Assembly (NCBI RefSeq): GCF_001194135.2
Contig: NC_068996.1
Coordinates: forward strand, 57,156,818-57,205,244
Origin: Octopus bimaculoides
Taxonomy: Eukaryota
Reading direction: 5' to 3'
Length of the DNA stretch: 48,427 bases
Positions 36,031 through 48,377 of the stretch are shown piece by piece; the first letter of the stretch is position 1; each line of letters opens with the position of its first letter. Made by a program: the position numbers and the translations under genes. The notes beneath the pieces are model-generated. The model saw only the letters and a program-made list of their open reading frames with translations. It had not been told where the DNA came from and did not search any database.

Positions 36031-37192
36031 TTAAGGACACACAGGCAGACACAATGAAAGAGGGGAAGAAAATAACTGAACCGTAGTACAGGTCTGGAAC
36101 TCTATTTTATTAATCCCTGGAAAGATGAAAGGCAAATATGACTTCAAATGGATTTGAACTGAGAGTAGTATATCCATTTCAACACCAAATCACTCTCTAC
36201 CATCTTAGAAAAAAAAATGCATACATTGAATAATGTTAGTCTAGGGTCAGTGTGCCTAAGAAATATAAGAGATTGGCATCATTAGATTACTTATGGTCAT
36301 AAGTCCGATAAGTGAAGGATAAACTGGTAAAGCATGACTAAACAACAACTGCAATACTTCATTTGTTAATCCAAAGGTGAGGTTCACACATAACTTGTTA
36401 TTTCTATTGATATCAGCCCACTCCTGGTTCTATGATATAAACTTCCAGTTTATGTCCAAAACACCAGTTTAATAATGCCAAAGTTGTCTTTCTAAATTCA
36501 TTTTTTCATTTATTGAAACAAAGGCAGTGCATTTCAACAGAAATATGATAACAAGACAGTGAAAATTAAAAAAAAAAAAAGAAAACACTGAAATACTAAG
36601 ATGTAACCAGGGAAAGACATCTGATAATTAACAGCCAAGAAATTCCTACACAACACAATTTTGCTAAACTAACAATCCTACTTGTAGAAACAAATGCATG
36701 GATCGGGAAATGTTCCTAGTGTTAATTATATTCTGAAACTCTTGTCAAAACTACACACTTTTTGTGAAGTGTACAGGTTTAGTTGATGTAATTAATCAAA
36801 ATAATTAATCTCAATGCCAAAAAAAGTAAGAGGTAAAGTTGACCCCTGCATGATCTAATAAGAGGACAAAGCTAAATACTACCAGACACTCTAAATGGAG
36901 TAGTGAACTAACAAAATAATCTCTACAAAGACATTCAGCCTGCTAGACACAGCAGTCTGGTCTCTTTCAATCTCCATTTTGTTGTCTTAAACAATTATTG
37001 GATTATGTATTTGGGTGATCCTGGTTTCTGATAATAGGCTTGCTTTAGTACAGCAGTCCTAAGGCTAAGCAACAACAAAATCAAGAAATATTGTTAGAAA
37101 ATACCTTAAAAATATTCACAAAAGATAAATACATCATGAATGATATATTTGCTTGCAGTCAGAAAACATAAAGGATATTAATCTTGCTAGAA

Positions 37193-37405
37193 TGGATGTT
37201 ATTCTTGGTGGTAAGGAAGGTGTTTTTATTGGTAAGGATGTTATTCTTGCTTGTCAGGTAAGGACATTATTCTTGCTGGTAAGGACAGTTATTCCTGGTA
37301 AGGATGTTATTCTTGTGGGTAAGGATGTTATTCTTGCTGGGAAGGATGTTATTCTTGCTTGTCAGGTTGTTATTATTGCTGGTAAGGATGTTATTTTGGC
37401 AGATA
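37193..37405. repeat. Degenerate 21-bp minisatellite (GGTAAGGATGTTATTCTTGCT), ~10 units
   Basis: Repeated units read in frame as GKDVILA. Confidence 0.93.
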
Positions 37406-38336
37406 AGTGTCAGCTGTCCTTCCACAGTAAACATTTAATTCAAAATGAGAATAAAAGTAAAACAACTTTTATGCACAACTGCTTTGAAACCTATAAATTT
37501 TCTATTCTGATTAGAAATCATCAAATTCCTCATCTTTTGACAAGCACCTTCCGTGCTGGCATGCATCAGATGCTTTAGAGGATCTCATATATCCAAGAAC
37601 TTCATTGTGTTCCAGACTCTAATTTGGCATGGTTTCTATAGCTGGATCATGCATGCTAAATGAAAACAATGATGATGATGATGATGATATATAGGCATGT
37701 AAATATATCATCATTGTCGTTGTCATCGTTTAACGTCCACTTTCCATGCTGGTATGGGTTGGACAGTTTGACTGAGAACTGGCAAGCGGGGAGGCTGCAC
37801 CAGGTTCCAATCTAATTTGGCATGGTTTTCTACCACTGGATTCCCTTCCTAATGCCAACCACTCTGAGAGTGTAGTGGGTACTTTTATGTGCCACCGGCA
37901 TGGGAGCCCATCAGGCGGCCATATATTTTAAATTTTGTATTTATAAAGAGTCTGACGAGCTGTCCACATGGCTTTGCTTTTTGAATGCAAAATCTTGGGT
38001 AACTCTATGTCCAAGATATAAAATTTTTGTTGTAATATGTATACATATATAAATTTAAATGTCAGATCCAGGGATCGATGTGTAGGAAGAAAGTTAGCGT
38101 CAAGCAATCCATAGTAAATATAAAATAACAACTTACAGGGAGAATAGTGGTTTATTGAGACAGAAAGCTATGGATATATTTTCGCATCTAAGAATGATAA
38201 GCTGAAGATATCCTTGGCCTGAAGAGTATCCAGTGGTATACACCGCACTTGGATTTTACCACTTCTGAAGTTCTGCTCACTATGAAACATATCTAGCCCA
38301 GATCTTTCCTATTCTATTTCATAACTCTTGTACATG

Positions 38337-38392
<56 letters not shown>

Positions 38393-38519
38393 TATGCACA
38401 TATTACAGTATCAACCAGACCATCAGATGCTGTAACACACCACTGATCACAATGTGCTTATAATTCTGCCTTGATGGCACCATTCTTTTCCATTTTGACC
38501 TTAATTGTTTAACTATATC

Positions 38520-39180
38520 ATCTTCCCGTCATCAGGAAAGCCTTCTAAGTGGCTTTTTTAAAATCTCTTATACCACACGGCAACTGCACAGGTCTCTCTG
38601 TTTCTGTGAATCTTGCAACATGACCAGCCTGGCAGAATTTGTTTCCAGTATTCTGTGATCACATCATTCCTGCCACTCCGCTCTTGTATTATTTTGAATG
38701 TGCTCTCTTAATAATATTCTTTGCATGGATCTTTCCATGGCTGTTTGTGTTGTAGCCAATCAACAATCTATCCTCTTCATAGCAGTCCATGTCTTGTGAA
38801 AAGAATCCATGTAGGATGATGCTATTGAAGAGTCTGGCAAATGTGGAATTATCCAGCTTTGTTTTGAGCACATCCTTTCTTCAGTTAAATGCTCTCCATC
38901 CTACCCTTATTCTTTTTGAGATTTTAGCATCTATATCTCCATGCATATTCACTGTAAGTGCTGTAAGTAGATGCACTCTCTTTTACCTCCACAATTTCAT
39001 CATTTCCCACTTCTATTCAGCCTTGTGCCATGTCTCCTGACCACATATATTTTGCTTTCATGCTATTTTTTTTAAGACTTTCTGCTAAGCTATGAGTGTT
39101 GTGATGCCGTCTTCCCAGGAGCTTTGTCTGTTTCATCAGTTTGAGGGCATTTTCAATTTCACTGCTCAATGAAATTAGAA
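38520..39180 (-). mobile_element. RTE-clade LINE remnant with a large internal deletion
   Basis: SSEIENALKLMKQ.K (RT start) is joined to VLKTKLDNSTFARLFNSIIL..., TWTAMKRIDC*LATTQTAMERSM.RI.LREHIQN and QAGHVARF. Confidence 0.8.
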
Positions 39181-39270
39181 AAAAAAAATATATATATATA
39201 TATATATATTTTTGCTGTAGTTTCAGCTCAGAACTGCGGTCATGCTGATGCACTGCCATTTGTGTGTGAC

Positions 39271-39378
39271 ACTTACTGCACCTAGGTTTCCCAAGCGGTC
39301 ACCCATCTAAGTACTCACTAGGCTCGACGTTGCTTAACTTCGGTGATCGGACGACAACCGGTGCTCTCAACATGATAT
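39271..39378 (-). pseudogene. 5S rRNA pseudogene (or 5S-derived SINE head)
   Basis: Reverse complement ATATCATGTTGAGAGCACCGGTTGTCGTCCGATCACCGAAGTTAAGCAACGTCGAGCCTAGTGAGTACTTAGATGGGTGACCGCTTGGGAAACCTAGGTGCAGTAAGT aligns to molluscan 5S from about nt 11. Several substitutions; no oligo-T terminator. Confidence 0.93.
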
Positions 39379-39421
39379 ATATATATATGTATGTATGTAT
39401 GTGTATGTATATATATATGTA

Positions 39422-39659
39422 CAGGGTGCGATGGGTTAATTGTTGCCATTTTATATTTTTTATTTTATGTGTGCACCTTGTTATTTTTTTATTTTGTTGA
39501 CTACACAGTACAGTAGGGTCAGTTAGGCATTGTCTGTGAGTAAAACAGCACCATGGCACAATTCACTCTGCCAGAAATTTGAAAACAAGCCGAGTTTCAT
39601 GTCCAATGAAGGAGATGACGTTGGCATGGGTGCCATTCGTCGAATTTAGTTCACACCTG
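39422..39659 (+). mobile_element. 5' end of a maT-like element joined to a different mariner-like end
   Basis: TA|CAGGGTGCGATGGGTTAATTGTTGCC followed by ~165 bp homologous to 41537-41375. Ends TTCACACCTG|TA. Confidence 0.78.
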
Positions 39660-40755
39660 TATATATAACGAGGGACAGGGAGAAAGAGAGCAAAAGGTAT
39701 TTAATTGTACAGTTGTGTGATTAAGAAGTTTGCTCACTGTGCCCTGCCTTGTGCAGGATGTTGAGCAAGTGTTTAAATTCCTGAGCTAACCAAAGCCTTG
39801 CTGAGAGGTGCAGCATCAAAAGACTGAGAGGAGTCATTGTGTGTGTATGTGTGTGTGTGTGTGTGCTGAGACAGTGTGATGGTCATCAGTCAACTTCACT
39901 CTTAAAGATGATGTCATTCCATTTAACAATGTCTGGCTATTGTGCTGTTTGTGATGGAAGGAGTAGGAGTATATATGCCCTTGCTTGGAAAAAGGGTGAG
40001 GATTGGTGACAGAAAGGGCATCCGGCTGTAGGAAATCTGCCTTATTGAATTTTGTCTTTTCCATACTTGCCTAGAAAAGTAGATGCAAATATAATAAAGA
40101 TGATACACAAAGGTACATACATCTTATCATCAGCAGCAGCATTTAACCATTTAATATCCATATCCCATGCTAGCATGGAAAGCGGACATTAAACAATGAT
40201 GATGATGATGATGATTCCAGGCTAGCATTGTTGCAAAGATTCAACAGGATCCAAAGGCTTGAAGGACTGCATCATGTTCCACTATATTTGCTTCGAATCT
40301 ACTGCTGGATGCCCTTCCCAACACCAATTATTTACAGAATGAACTGTGAGCTTTTTATTCTGGCACCAGCACCAGTGATGTCACCATGCAGCTTGCAAGA
40401 CTACAAGCCCCGAGATAGATGGCTCTCTGACAGAAGGGGTAAGAGCAGAATAAGGTTCTTGCTGCTGAGGAGTTGCATGGTTACACATTTTAGAAGAGAT
40501 TATGGGAGTAGAGTTGGGGTAGAGATGGAAAGAGATAAGGATATATTGATGACAGTGATGTCAGGATGTACCTTCAAGTTTTGAGGTGGGTAGAAGGGAG
40601 TGAAGACAAAACAACTGGAAGTCAGGGATGGGGGTTGCAAGAGTGTGTTATTGGAGACTCAGAGATGGGTACTAGATAAGGATGTTATGCACACACACAT
40701 TCACAAGCACACACACACATATTTATACATATATATATATATACACATATATATA

Positions 40756-41534
40756 CAGGGTACAGTGAATATATTGTTGTCTAAATTACGCAAAAATGAA
40801 AACAACACTGACATTTCATTTTAATAGATATATTTTACCAAAATTACATCAAAATGTTTTGAAATACTAAAGACTAAATTTATTCAATAAAATCGGCAAT
40901 GACTTCAACCATGGAATCTCCTGCAACTCTTCTGAACGGTCTCCTTATTTAAGTTGGTGAATGCTGCCATAATCCTTGCTTTTGCTTCATCTTTGGCGTT
41001 TCAAGGCCAGATGATAGGGGTGATGTGGTTGTAGAAATTGTCTGACAGCCATGACTGGGTTCTCCTGCTTGTGTGACATGGTGCAGAGTCCTGTTGCCAG
41101 AGATAGGGTCTTCCAGCAACCACCCTCTTGACTCAGAGGGGCACTATCTCCTCCAAGCACTTGATGTAGGCCTCCATGTTGAGTCTGAGGCTGTGTGGGA
41201 AGATGAATGGAGGCATAATGTCGCCATCACTAGTGATCCCTCCAAACACCCTGATGTTGGCTGGATGTTTGATTTTTATCACTTTTGGTACATGTCCTCA
41301 GATTGACACCCAAACACTCTGAAAAGTTTGAATTGGTGCTTCCAGCGTGAATGCCAAGCAGTACAGCATGTCATTTCCAAATTTCTGGCAGAGTGAATTG
41401 CATCATGGTGCTGTTTTTCTCACAGATAGTGTCCAACTGACCCTACTATACTGTGTTGTCGACAAAAGCAAAAACAAACAATGCACATGCATGAAATTAA
41501 AAATATAAAATGGCAACAGTTTACCCATCGCACC

Positions 41535-41537
<3 letters not shown>
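40756..41537 (-). mobile_element. Internally deleted maT (DD37D)-like Tc1/mariner element
   Basis: TA on both flanks; degenerate 26-bp TIRs (CAGGGT...TGTTGYC). Remnant KHPANIRVFGGITSDGDIMPPFIFPHSLRLNMEAYIKCLEEIV..VKRVVAGRPYLWQQDSAPCHTSRRTQSWLSDNF..IWP. Confidence 0.92.
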
Positions 41538-41577
<40 letters not shown>

Positions 41578-41579
<2 letters not shown>

Positions 41580-42183
41580 CATCATCATTGTCATCGTTTA
41601 ACGTCCGCTTTCCATGCTAGCATGGGTTGGACGATTTGACTGAGGACTGGTGAAACTGGATGGCTACACCAGGCTCCAATCTGATTTGGCAGAGTTTCTA
41701 CAGCTGGATGCCCTTCCTAACGCCAACCACTCTGAGAGTGTAGTAGGTGCTTTTATGTGCCACCGGCACAAGGGCCACTCAGGCAGTACTGGCAACAGCC
41801 ATGCTCCAATGGTGTTTTTACATGTCACCTGTACAGGAGCCAGTCCAGTGGCACTGGCAACGCCCTAGCTTGAATGTTGTCTTTCACGTACCACTGGCAC
41901 AAGTGCCAGTGATGCAACGCTGGTAACAATCATGCTCAAATGGTGCTTTGAACGTGCCACCTGCACAGGGGCCAGTCAGCGGCCCTGGCAACGATCAAGC
42001 TCAGACGGTGATGCCAGTCAAGTGATGCTGTCATCGAATTTGATTTCGATTTCATTTGCCTCAACAGGTCTTCGCAAGCAGAGTTTAGTGTCCAATGAAG
42101 GAAAGATACACCTAAGTGGGCTGATTACACCATTAGCATAGGCCACAGGTTATGGTCTCACTTGGCTTGCCAGGTCTTCTCAG
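41578..42183 (-). mobile_element. Family D SINE-like element with ~60-bp internal repeats
   Basis: Reverse complement GGTTGGCGTTAGGAAGGGCATCCAGCTGTAGAAAC...CCCATGCTAGCATGGAAAGCGGACGTTAAACGA plus a GAT-rich tail. Repeated TTTT.CGTGCCACC.GCAC..G.GCCAGT units. Confidence 0.82.
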
Positions 42184-42397
42184 GCAGACTGTATGACGCA
42201 TATGTACGAACAGCCATGCTACATGGCAGTGAAACATGAGCCGTGACTGCTGAGGACATGCGTAAGCTCGCAAGGAACAAAGCCAGTATGCTCCGATGGA
42301 TGTGTAATGTCAGTGTGCATACTCGACAGAGTGTAAGTGCCTTGAGAGGAAAGTTGAACCTAAGAAGCATCAGTTGTGGTGTGCAAGAGAGACGATT
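42184..42397 (+). mobile_element. RTE-clade LINE ORF fragment running into a gap
   Basis: RLYDAYVRTAMLHGSET*AVTAEDMRKLARNKASMLRWMCNVSVHTRQSVSALRGKLNLRSISCGVQERR. Confidence 0.88.
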
Positions 42398-43392
42398 NNN
42401 NNNNNNNNNNNNNNNNNNNNNNNNNNNNNNNNNNNNNNNNNNNNNNNNNNNNNNNNNNNNNNNNNNNNNNNNNNNNNNNNNNNNNNNNNNNNNNNNNNNN
42501 NNNNNNNNNNNNNNNNNNNNNNNNNNNNNNNNNNNNNNNNNNNNNNNNNNNNNNNNNNNNNNNNNNNNNNNNNNNNNNNNNNNNNNNNNNNNNNNNNNNN
42601 NNNNNNNNNNNNNNNNNNNNNNNNNNNNNNNNNNNNNNNNNNNNNNNNNNNNNNNNNNNNNNNNNNNNNNNNNNNNNNNNNNNNNNNNNNNNNNNNNNNN
42701 NNNNNNNNNNNNNNNNNNNNNNNNNNNNNNNNNNNNNNNNNNNNNNNNNNNNNNNNNNNNNNNNNNNNNNNNNNNNNNNNNNNNNNNNNNNNNNNNNNNN
42801 NNNNNNNNNNNNNNNNNNNNNNNNNNNNNNNNNNNNNNNNNNNNNNNNNNNNNNNNNNNNNNNNNNNNNNNNNNNNNNNNNNNNNNNNNNNNNNNNNNNN
42901 NNNNNNNNNNNNNNNNNNNNNNNNNNNNNNNNNNNNNNNNNNNNNNNNNNNNNNNNNNNNNNNNNNNNNNNNNNNNNNNNNNNNNNNNNNNNNNNNNNNN
43001 NNNNNNNNNNNNNNNNNNNNNNNNNNNNNNNNNNNNNNNNNNNNNNNNNNNNNNNNNNNNNNNNNNNNNNNNNNNNNNNNNNNNNNNNNNNNNNNNNNNN
43101 NNNNNNNNNNNNNNNNNNNNNNNNNNNNNNNNNNNNNNNNNNNNNNNNNNNNNNNNNNNNNNNNNNNNNNNNNNNNNNNNNNNNNNNNNNNNNNNNNNNN
43201 NNNNNNNNNNNNNNNNNNNNNNNNNNNNNNNNNNNNNNNNNNNNNNNTACATATGTATATATATATATATATATATGTATGGATATATACATATGTATGT
43301 ATTTGATTCTTTAGATGTGCTGGCCTCCTGATAATTACTCGATATTAATTAATATATGATTAATTACCAGATTTTATAATAATATGTATGTT

Positions 43393-43468
<76 letters not shown>

Positions 43469-43476
43469 CATATATA

Positions 43477-43665
43477 GTGAAGGTGCATGGCTCAGTGGTT
43501 AGAGCGTCGAGCTTACAATCATGAGGTTGTGAGTTCAAATCCCAGGCTGCTGGGCTGCATGTTGTGTTCTTGAGCAAGATACTTTATTTCACGTTGCTTC
43601 AGTTCACTCAGCTGTAGAAATGAGTTGCTACGTCACAGGTGCCAAGCTGTATCGGCCCCTTTATA
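43477..43665 (+). mobile_element. Family C tRNA-headed SINE
   Basis: A box TGGCTCAGTGG, B box GAGTTCAAATCC, then TGTTCTTGAGCAAGATACTTTATTTCACGTTGC..CACTCAGCTG. Confidence 0.85.
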
Positions 43666-43975
43666 CCTTGGTGCGGAGCAATTTTTTTCCACAGTTTTTT
43701 GTTTCAGGTGCATTCAACGTATCTGACCTCCAAACCTGCTGCAAGCCACTTTTTTCCAGAAAAGAAAGGTGAGAGCTGTGGTGGGGGACCTCGAATTTTC
43801 CCACCAAGGGAGTTTTGTTTCGCAAGTCTTTTTTCTTTTTCCAGGTTATTTTACATGCTTTCAACAAATGTGATGTTGAAATCCCGCGTAAACGGCACCT
43901 TTTTTCCAGAAAAGGAAAGATTTGGCTGCTATTTCTAGCATGCCCTACTACCACGTAACAGCTGTTTGTGTTCAG
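43665..43975 (+). mobile_element. Unclassified repeat, same family as 17055-17385
   Basis: Shares GTG.ATTCAACGT...CCTCCAAA, AAAGATTTGGCTGCTATTTCTAGCA.GCCCTACTAC and the inverted ATGCTTTCAAC.AATGTGA segment. Confidence 0.7.
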
Positions 43976-44859
43976 ACCAAAATATTTACCAACACTCTTC
44001 CTTCCATTTATTTTTTCCACTTTATGGAAGTCAATATTTTCTCTGTTGACATCCACCACGGATCAAGGTCACGGATCAAGTGGAAACACACCAATCACTG
44101 TTGCCTCTTGATAAGACAGAGAAATTTCCCCACTGTCTTTGCAAGCAACAAGTGGGTGGATTTGGTTTCAAATCCAGACAGGACTAAACGAGATCCTAAA
44201 CGAGAAATAAGTGGTGTTATATCGGGGTTGAAAGAATGATGCATACAATATTTTTAATATGCTAAGACAATCTGAAAACAATAGAAACTTTTTAATGTTT
44301 ACCAGTTTTTATGAAATTTTTAGATTAACGGATTTGAGTTAACAGAAGTTAATTAGTTTGATAATAATTTTCAAAGTTAACTTAGAAGTCAAATCGTTAA
44401 CGAAAATGTTAACTTTGTTAATTAACAATTAACAGATTAATGGAGTTATGCCCAGCTCTGCATATATGTATATATATGTATATATGTATATGTAAATATG
44501 TGTATGTAGATGTGTATGTATATGTGCATATATTCAGAGACACATGCACACACACACACAACACACATACACATACACATGCTAGCAAGTAATCCAGTGA
44601 CTTCTGGAGAACAGTCAACTGTGTTGATGACCAATTTTATTAAGAGAGAATCATCTTAATTTTGTGTAAATGTATTTATTTGAAACTCAGCATTTACATT
44701 CTTTGTAAACAGAGACATACAATTCAAAAATAGTCTTACCTCAGGCAGTACCGAAACAAGCAATTCTCAGTGAGCAGCTTCATGATAAATAATGTTCTTA
44801 GAATCTTCACCTTGAGCGTTCACTTAAAAGATTGTTCATGTTTCTCGCATGTGAACATC

Positions 44860-44926
44860 CAACATATAGCTAACATACACATACACACACACACACTCTC
44901 TCTCTCACGAGTATGCGAATTCATGC

Positions 44927-44957
<31 letters not shown>

Positions 44958-45620
44958 AGCATGTGTGTGTATGTATGTATATATATATCTATATGTATAT
45001 ATTACATATATATATGCTATTTTATTTATATATATATATATATATATATAAAAAATAGCATATATATATATATCTATACACACGCACATCCATATACATT
45101 TATATTTGTATATATGTGCATGGATATGTATATATATATATATATATATATATGCATATATAAATGTGCATATGTATGTATGTTGTGAAAAATAATAGAA
45201 TTACAATCTTTTTTGGTAATGCTTATTTGTTAGTAATTGAAAGTTTATATAAAATGCTGAAAATTGAAGACTGTAAGTAATTGAATACCTGATTAGCATA
45301 ATGAGTAAAATATCATCATCATTGTCGTCATCATTACAGCTGTCGTCAACAATACTGGTGGTGGTGTTTGTGTGGGAGTGTGGGGTGGTGGGAGTGGGGG
45401 TGGAGGAGGATGAAAAGGAGATGGTGGTGGTGAAAGTTGTGTTGTTGTTAGGGAGGCAATGGTAGTGGAGGAGGAGATGGTGGTGGTGGTTTTGGTGGGA
45501 GTTGTGTTGTTGTTGTTGTTGGTGGTGGTAGTGGTGGCGGCAGTAGGGATGGCAGAGATAGTGATGGTTGTAGTTACTGTGGTGGTGGTGGTATTGGTAG
45601 TGGTGGAGGAGAGGCAAGAG
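44860..45620. repeat. (CA)/(TA)n and GGT/GTT low-complexity tracts
   Basis: Directly visible. Confidence 0.9.
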
Positions 45621-45949
45621 AAGAAGGTAATATGTTTCAATGCAGATCTATTAGATATTATCCATCTGATATACAGTGGACAAGAATGTGAGTGGATTAA
45701 CACGGATCAGGGTTTCACTGCAGTGTTGAAGGGTATCCAGGTGGTTTCAGATAAACTTTGCATGTGATTACGTGTGTGTGTGTGTGTGTGTGTGTTTATG
45801 AAAGAACTTGCATGTGTGAGATAATTCATATGAGAGCATAGATATATGTATGAGAGAGAGTAGTATCTGTGTGAATATGTTATGTGTAAAAGATAAGATG
45901 TATAAATTGAGAGAAACGAAGACTAGCTGTATGTGTGTATTCTAGTAAT

Positions 45950-45985
<36 letters not shown>

Positions 45986-46194
45986 TGTGTGTGTGTGTGT
46001 GTGTGTGTGAGGGCAGGGTTTGCACGCCTTTTCAAAACCAACAAAATTGTGACAGAAAATGCAGAAGGCATCCAAAGATTTCACTTGAAAGTTTGCAACA
46101 GAACTCCATTCAAGATATGTTACAATAAACTGGCAGCACCATTAAACCAGGTGTATATACTACTACTACTACTACAAATAATAATAATAATAAT

Positions 46195-46415
46195 GTATTC
46201 CAGTATTTATAGGTGCATTGGGAATTATCCCTAAAGATCTGAACAGATGGATAGAGGGGAAAAAATAGACATAAAACCCAGTTTAGTACAGCTGCAAAAA
46301 ACAGTATTATTAGGGAAAGCTAGGATATTTAGAAGGGTTTTTTCATCTAAGGTTATTTGTTGTAGCTCAATGTTAGGATTCTTTTCCTTTCCAACAGTCT
46401 AATCTGTTGAATGTA
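46195..46415 (+). mobile_element. Severely 5'-truncated R4/Dong element inside (TAA)n
   Basis: IPVFIGALGIIPKDLNRWIE / IDIKPSLVQLQKTVLLGKARIFRRVF, then a short 3' UTR with hairpin CAACAG-tctaat-CTGTTG. (AAT)n on both sides. Confidence 0.9.
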
Positions 46416-46430
46416 TAATAATAATAATAA

Positions 46431-46461
<31 letters not shown>

Positions 46462-46548
46462 AAGAAGAAGAAGAAGAAGAAGAAGAAGAAGAAGCAGAAG
46501 AAGAAGAAGAAGAAGAAGAAGAAGAAGAAGAAGAAGAAGAAGAAGAAG

Positions 46549-46582
<34 letters not shown>
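46416..46582. repeat. Compound (AAT)(AAG)n(AAC)n microsatellite, followed by a family A SINE remnant (46583-46670, -)
   Basis: Directly visible. Confidence 0.95.
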
Positions 46583-46689
46583 GTGATTTCAAATTTTTGG
46601 CACAAGGCCAGCAATAATGCCCCTAAGCATTTTCCCCAGCATGATTACAATTCTGCCAGCTCACCTGTTGGACAAAAGACACTGGAGAT

Positions 46690-47860
46690 TCACATAAAAA
46701 GGGCAAACAAAAGAAACACTAACAATAAATAAAAATTTCTAACAATTTCCCCAATATATGGGGAATTGCCCCCCTGAGGCAATCAAGGAACCCCATAGAT
46801 CTCAAGCCACCTCTCTTTCTTCTTTATTTCTCAGCTTACAAGCACCAAGTAATTGTAGGCTCACTCACTCAGGCCATCTTCACCACATTCACCCACCTCT
46901 CAACAAATTTACTGGAAGGTAGCACATCTCTTTCAATCCTCAACTTCTTTTTCAAATGGAATTTTAACAAGTCATTGAGGGCTTAGCCATAGAGGAAATT
47001 ATCTGTCTTCAATCTCGTTCACCACACTATCTCTTTCACCATAGCTACCAGACAGAGCTGCCTGACCTTCCTGACCAAAAGGAGATGGTGGGACAGTCTT
47101 CACAATGGAGTCAATCGATAGCTAGGTTCATCCTTCAAGCTGTTCAAAATAAGTCCACAAGTCAACAATGCTTAAGCACTATACATGTCTATGCAGGATG
47201 GTTTCGTCACTCTGCACACATCTCAGGCAGACACAGCTGATGACACTACCATGCCTGTAGAATTTATTCCAAACCAGCACTGCTCCCTGATAGCACTGCC
47301 AGGCCAGCAATTTCTGAAAATTATCCATGGGTCATGGTCTGACCAGCCAGTTGATTTTCATCAATGCCCAGAGTATCACTGAGAAAGGTTTTGTTCTAAC
47401 CTACTGCTAACCTCTATAGAATGCCATAGTAGAAACTCCACTGAACACATTGGCTGACCAGCAGAAGGCTATGGAGAAGCTCAAAGTACTCAAGGTGCCA
47501 GGCATCCTGCCTCAGTCTACACTTGACCCAGGACTGCAGCACAGTCAATGAAAAGTGCTTCTAACAAACACCATCAAGGAAATACTGGAGATGTCATAGC
47601 CTCAGCATATGTCTGTGCATCATTACCTACAACATGATCAGTCATCCACTGAGCAGATGCTGACAGCAAAAAGAACCATCTGACCAGTGGAAGAGCAAAG
47701 GCTCCATTTTGGTGAGCTATGGAACAGAGCAAGGTACAACTGTCAGGTGGTAACAGAGGGTGGATGCAATGTAGACATTTGCTGCTTTGACCAACTTCAG
47801 GAATAGTTTCTTCTCAGCCCATTTCTGGGTAAGACTAGCCACCCTGTTCTTTATGTTTTG
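46690..47860 (-). mobile_element. Tx1/L1-clade LINE 3' end
   Basis: RVASLTQKWAEKKLFLK..ANVYIAS..YHLTVVPC, FQKLLAWQCYQGA..KFYRHGS..CLRCVQSDETILH...C (CCHC remnant) and KFHLKKKLRIERDVLPSSKFVERWVNV, then 3' UTR. Confidence 0.88.
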
Positions 47861-47869
47861 CCCTGATAT

Positions 47870-48377
47870 TTTCCTGATTATTCTGGCCATTCCAGAGAGG
47901 CAAACCTTTTGTAACTGGACATACTATTCCAATTTCCTTTATATTCCTCTTGATTCCTTCTGATACTGATCCCAAGGACCCAACAGTAATTGGCACTATC
48001 TTCACCTTCTTCATTTTCCATAGTCAGGCTATTTCATACTTAAGAGGGTTGTATCTATCTGTCTTTTCGCCTTCCTTTGTGACTATTCTTGGGTCACAGA
48101 GGCATGTAACCTCAACTATATAGCATAGTGGTGGTGCACCTTGTCCACCACCACTAGGCCCAGTCTGTTATGCTCTGGCACCTGATCTGTTTGGAGTGGG
48201 AAATACCAGAGGATTTTGCTAGACTCCAACTCCGCCACTCTTCGTGGTTTCTGCTCATACCACATCTTGCCTCCCTCTAGTCCCCACTTTTAGCACAGAT
48301 TCCAATGTAGAACTTTCACTACCTGGTTGTGTCACCACAACTTGTGGTTCGGGGCAAGTCTAGGGCATTTGTTTGTG
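47870..48377 (-). mobile_element. R4/Dong endonuclease-domain remnant, 5' end abutting (TAA)n
   Basis: KCPRLA..HNQVVKVLHWNLC..WYEQKP..KILWYFPLQTDQVPEHNR..LVVVDK, then VEVTCLCDPRIVTKEGEKTDRY..LKYEIA*LWKMKKVKIVPITVGSLG. (TTA)n at 48378-48402. Confidence 0.88.

Larger units (their letters stand above)
2915..43247. other. Assembly gaps: 2915-3456, 5200-5209, 11465-11968, 18183-18560, 20946-20955, 24574-24583, 42398-43247
   Basis: Runs of N. Neighbouring KIF26 exons could lie in the four large gaps. Confidence 0.99.

Noticed and set aside
39271-39378. Functional 5S rRNA gene
   Set aside because: 5' end missing, helix-disrupting substitutions, no terminator and no tandem array.
41578-42397. Head-to-head SINE/RTE junction as a twin-priming inversion
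   Set aside because: The left piece ends in its own authentic GAT tail, which fits independent insertions better.
42158-43331. 200-360-aa ORFs here and at 2714-3578, 11276-12232 and 18053-18655
   Set aside because: Their length comes from N runs.
44740-44822. Minus-strand AG...GTAAGA exon-like segment
   Set aside because: Stops in all three frames and no recognisable homology; a non-coding exon cannot be supported.
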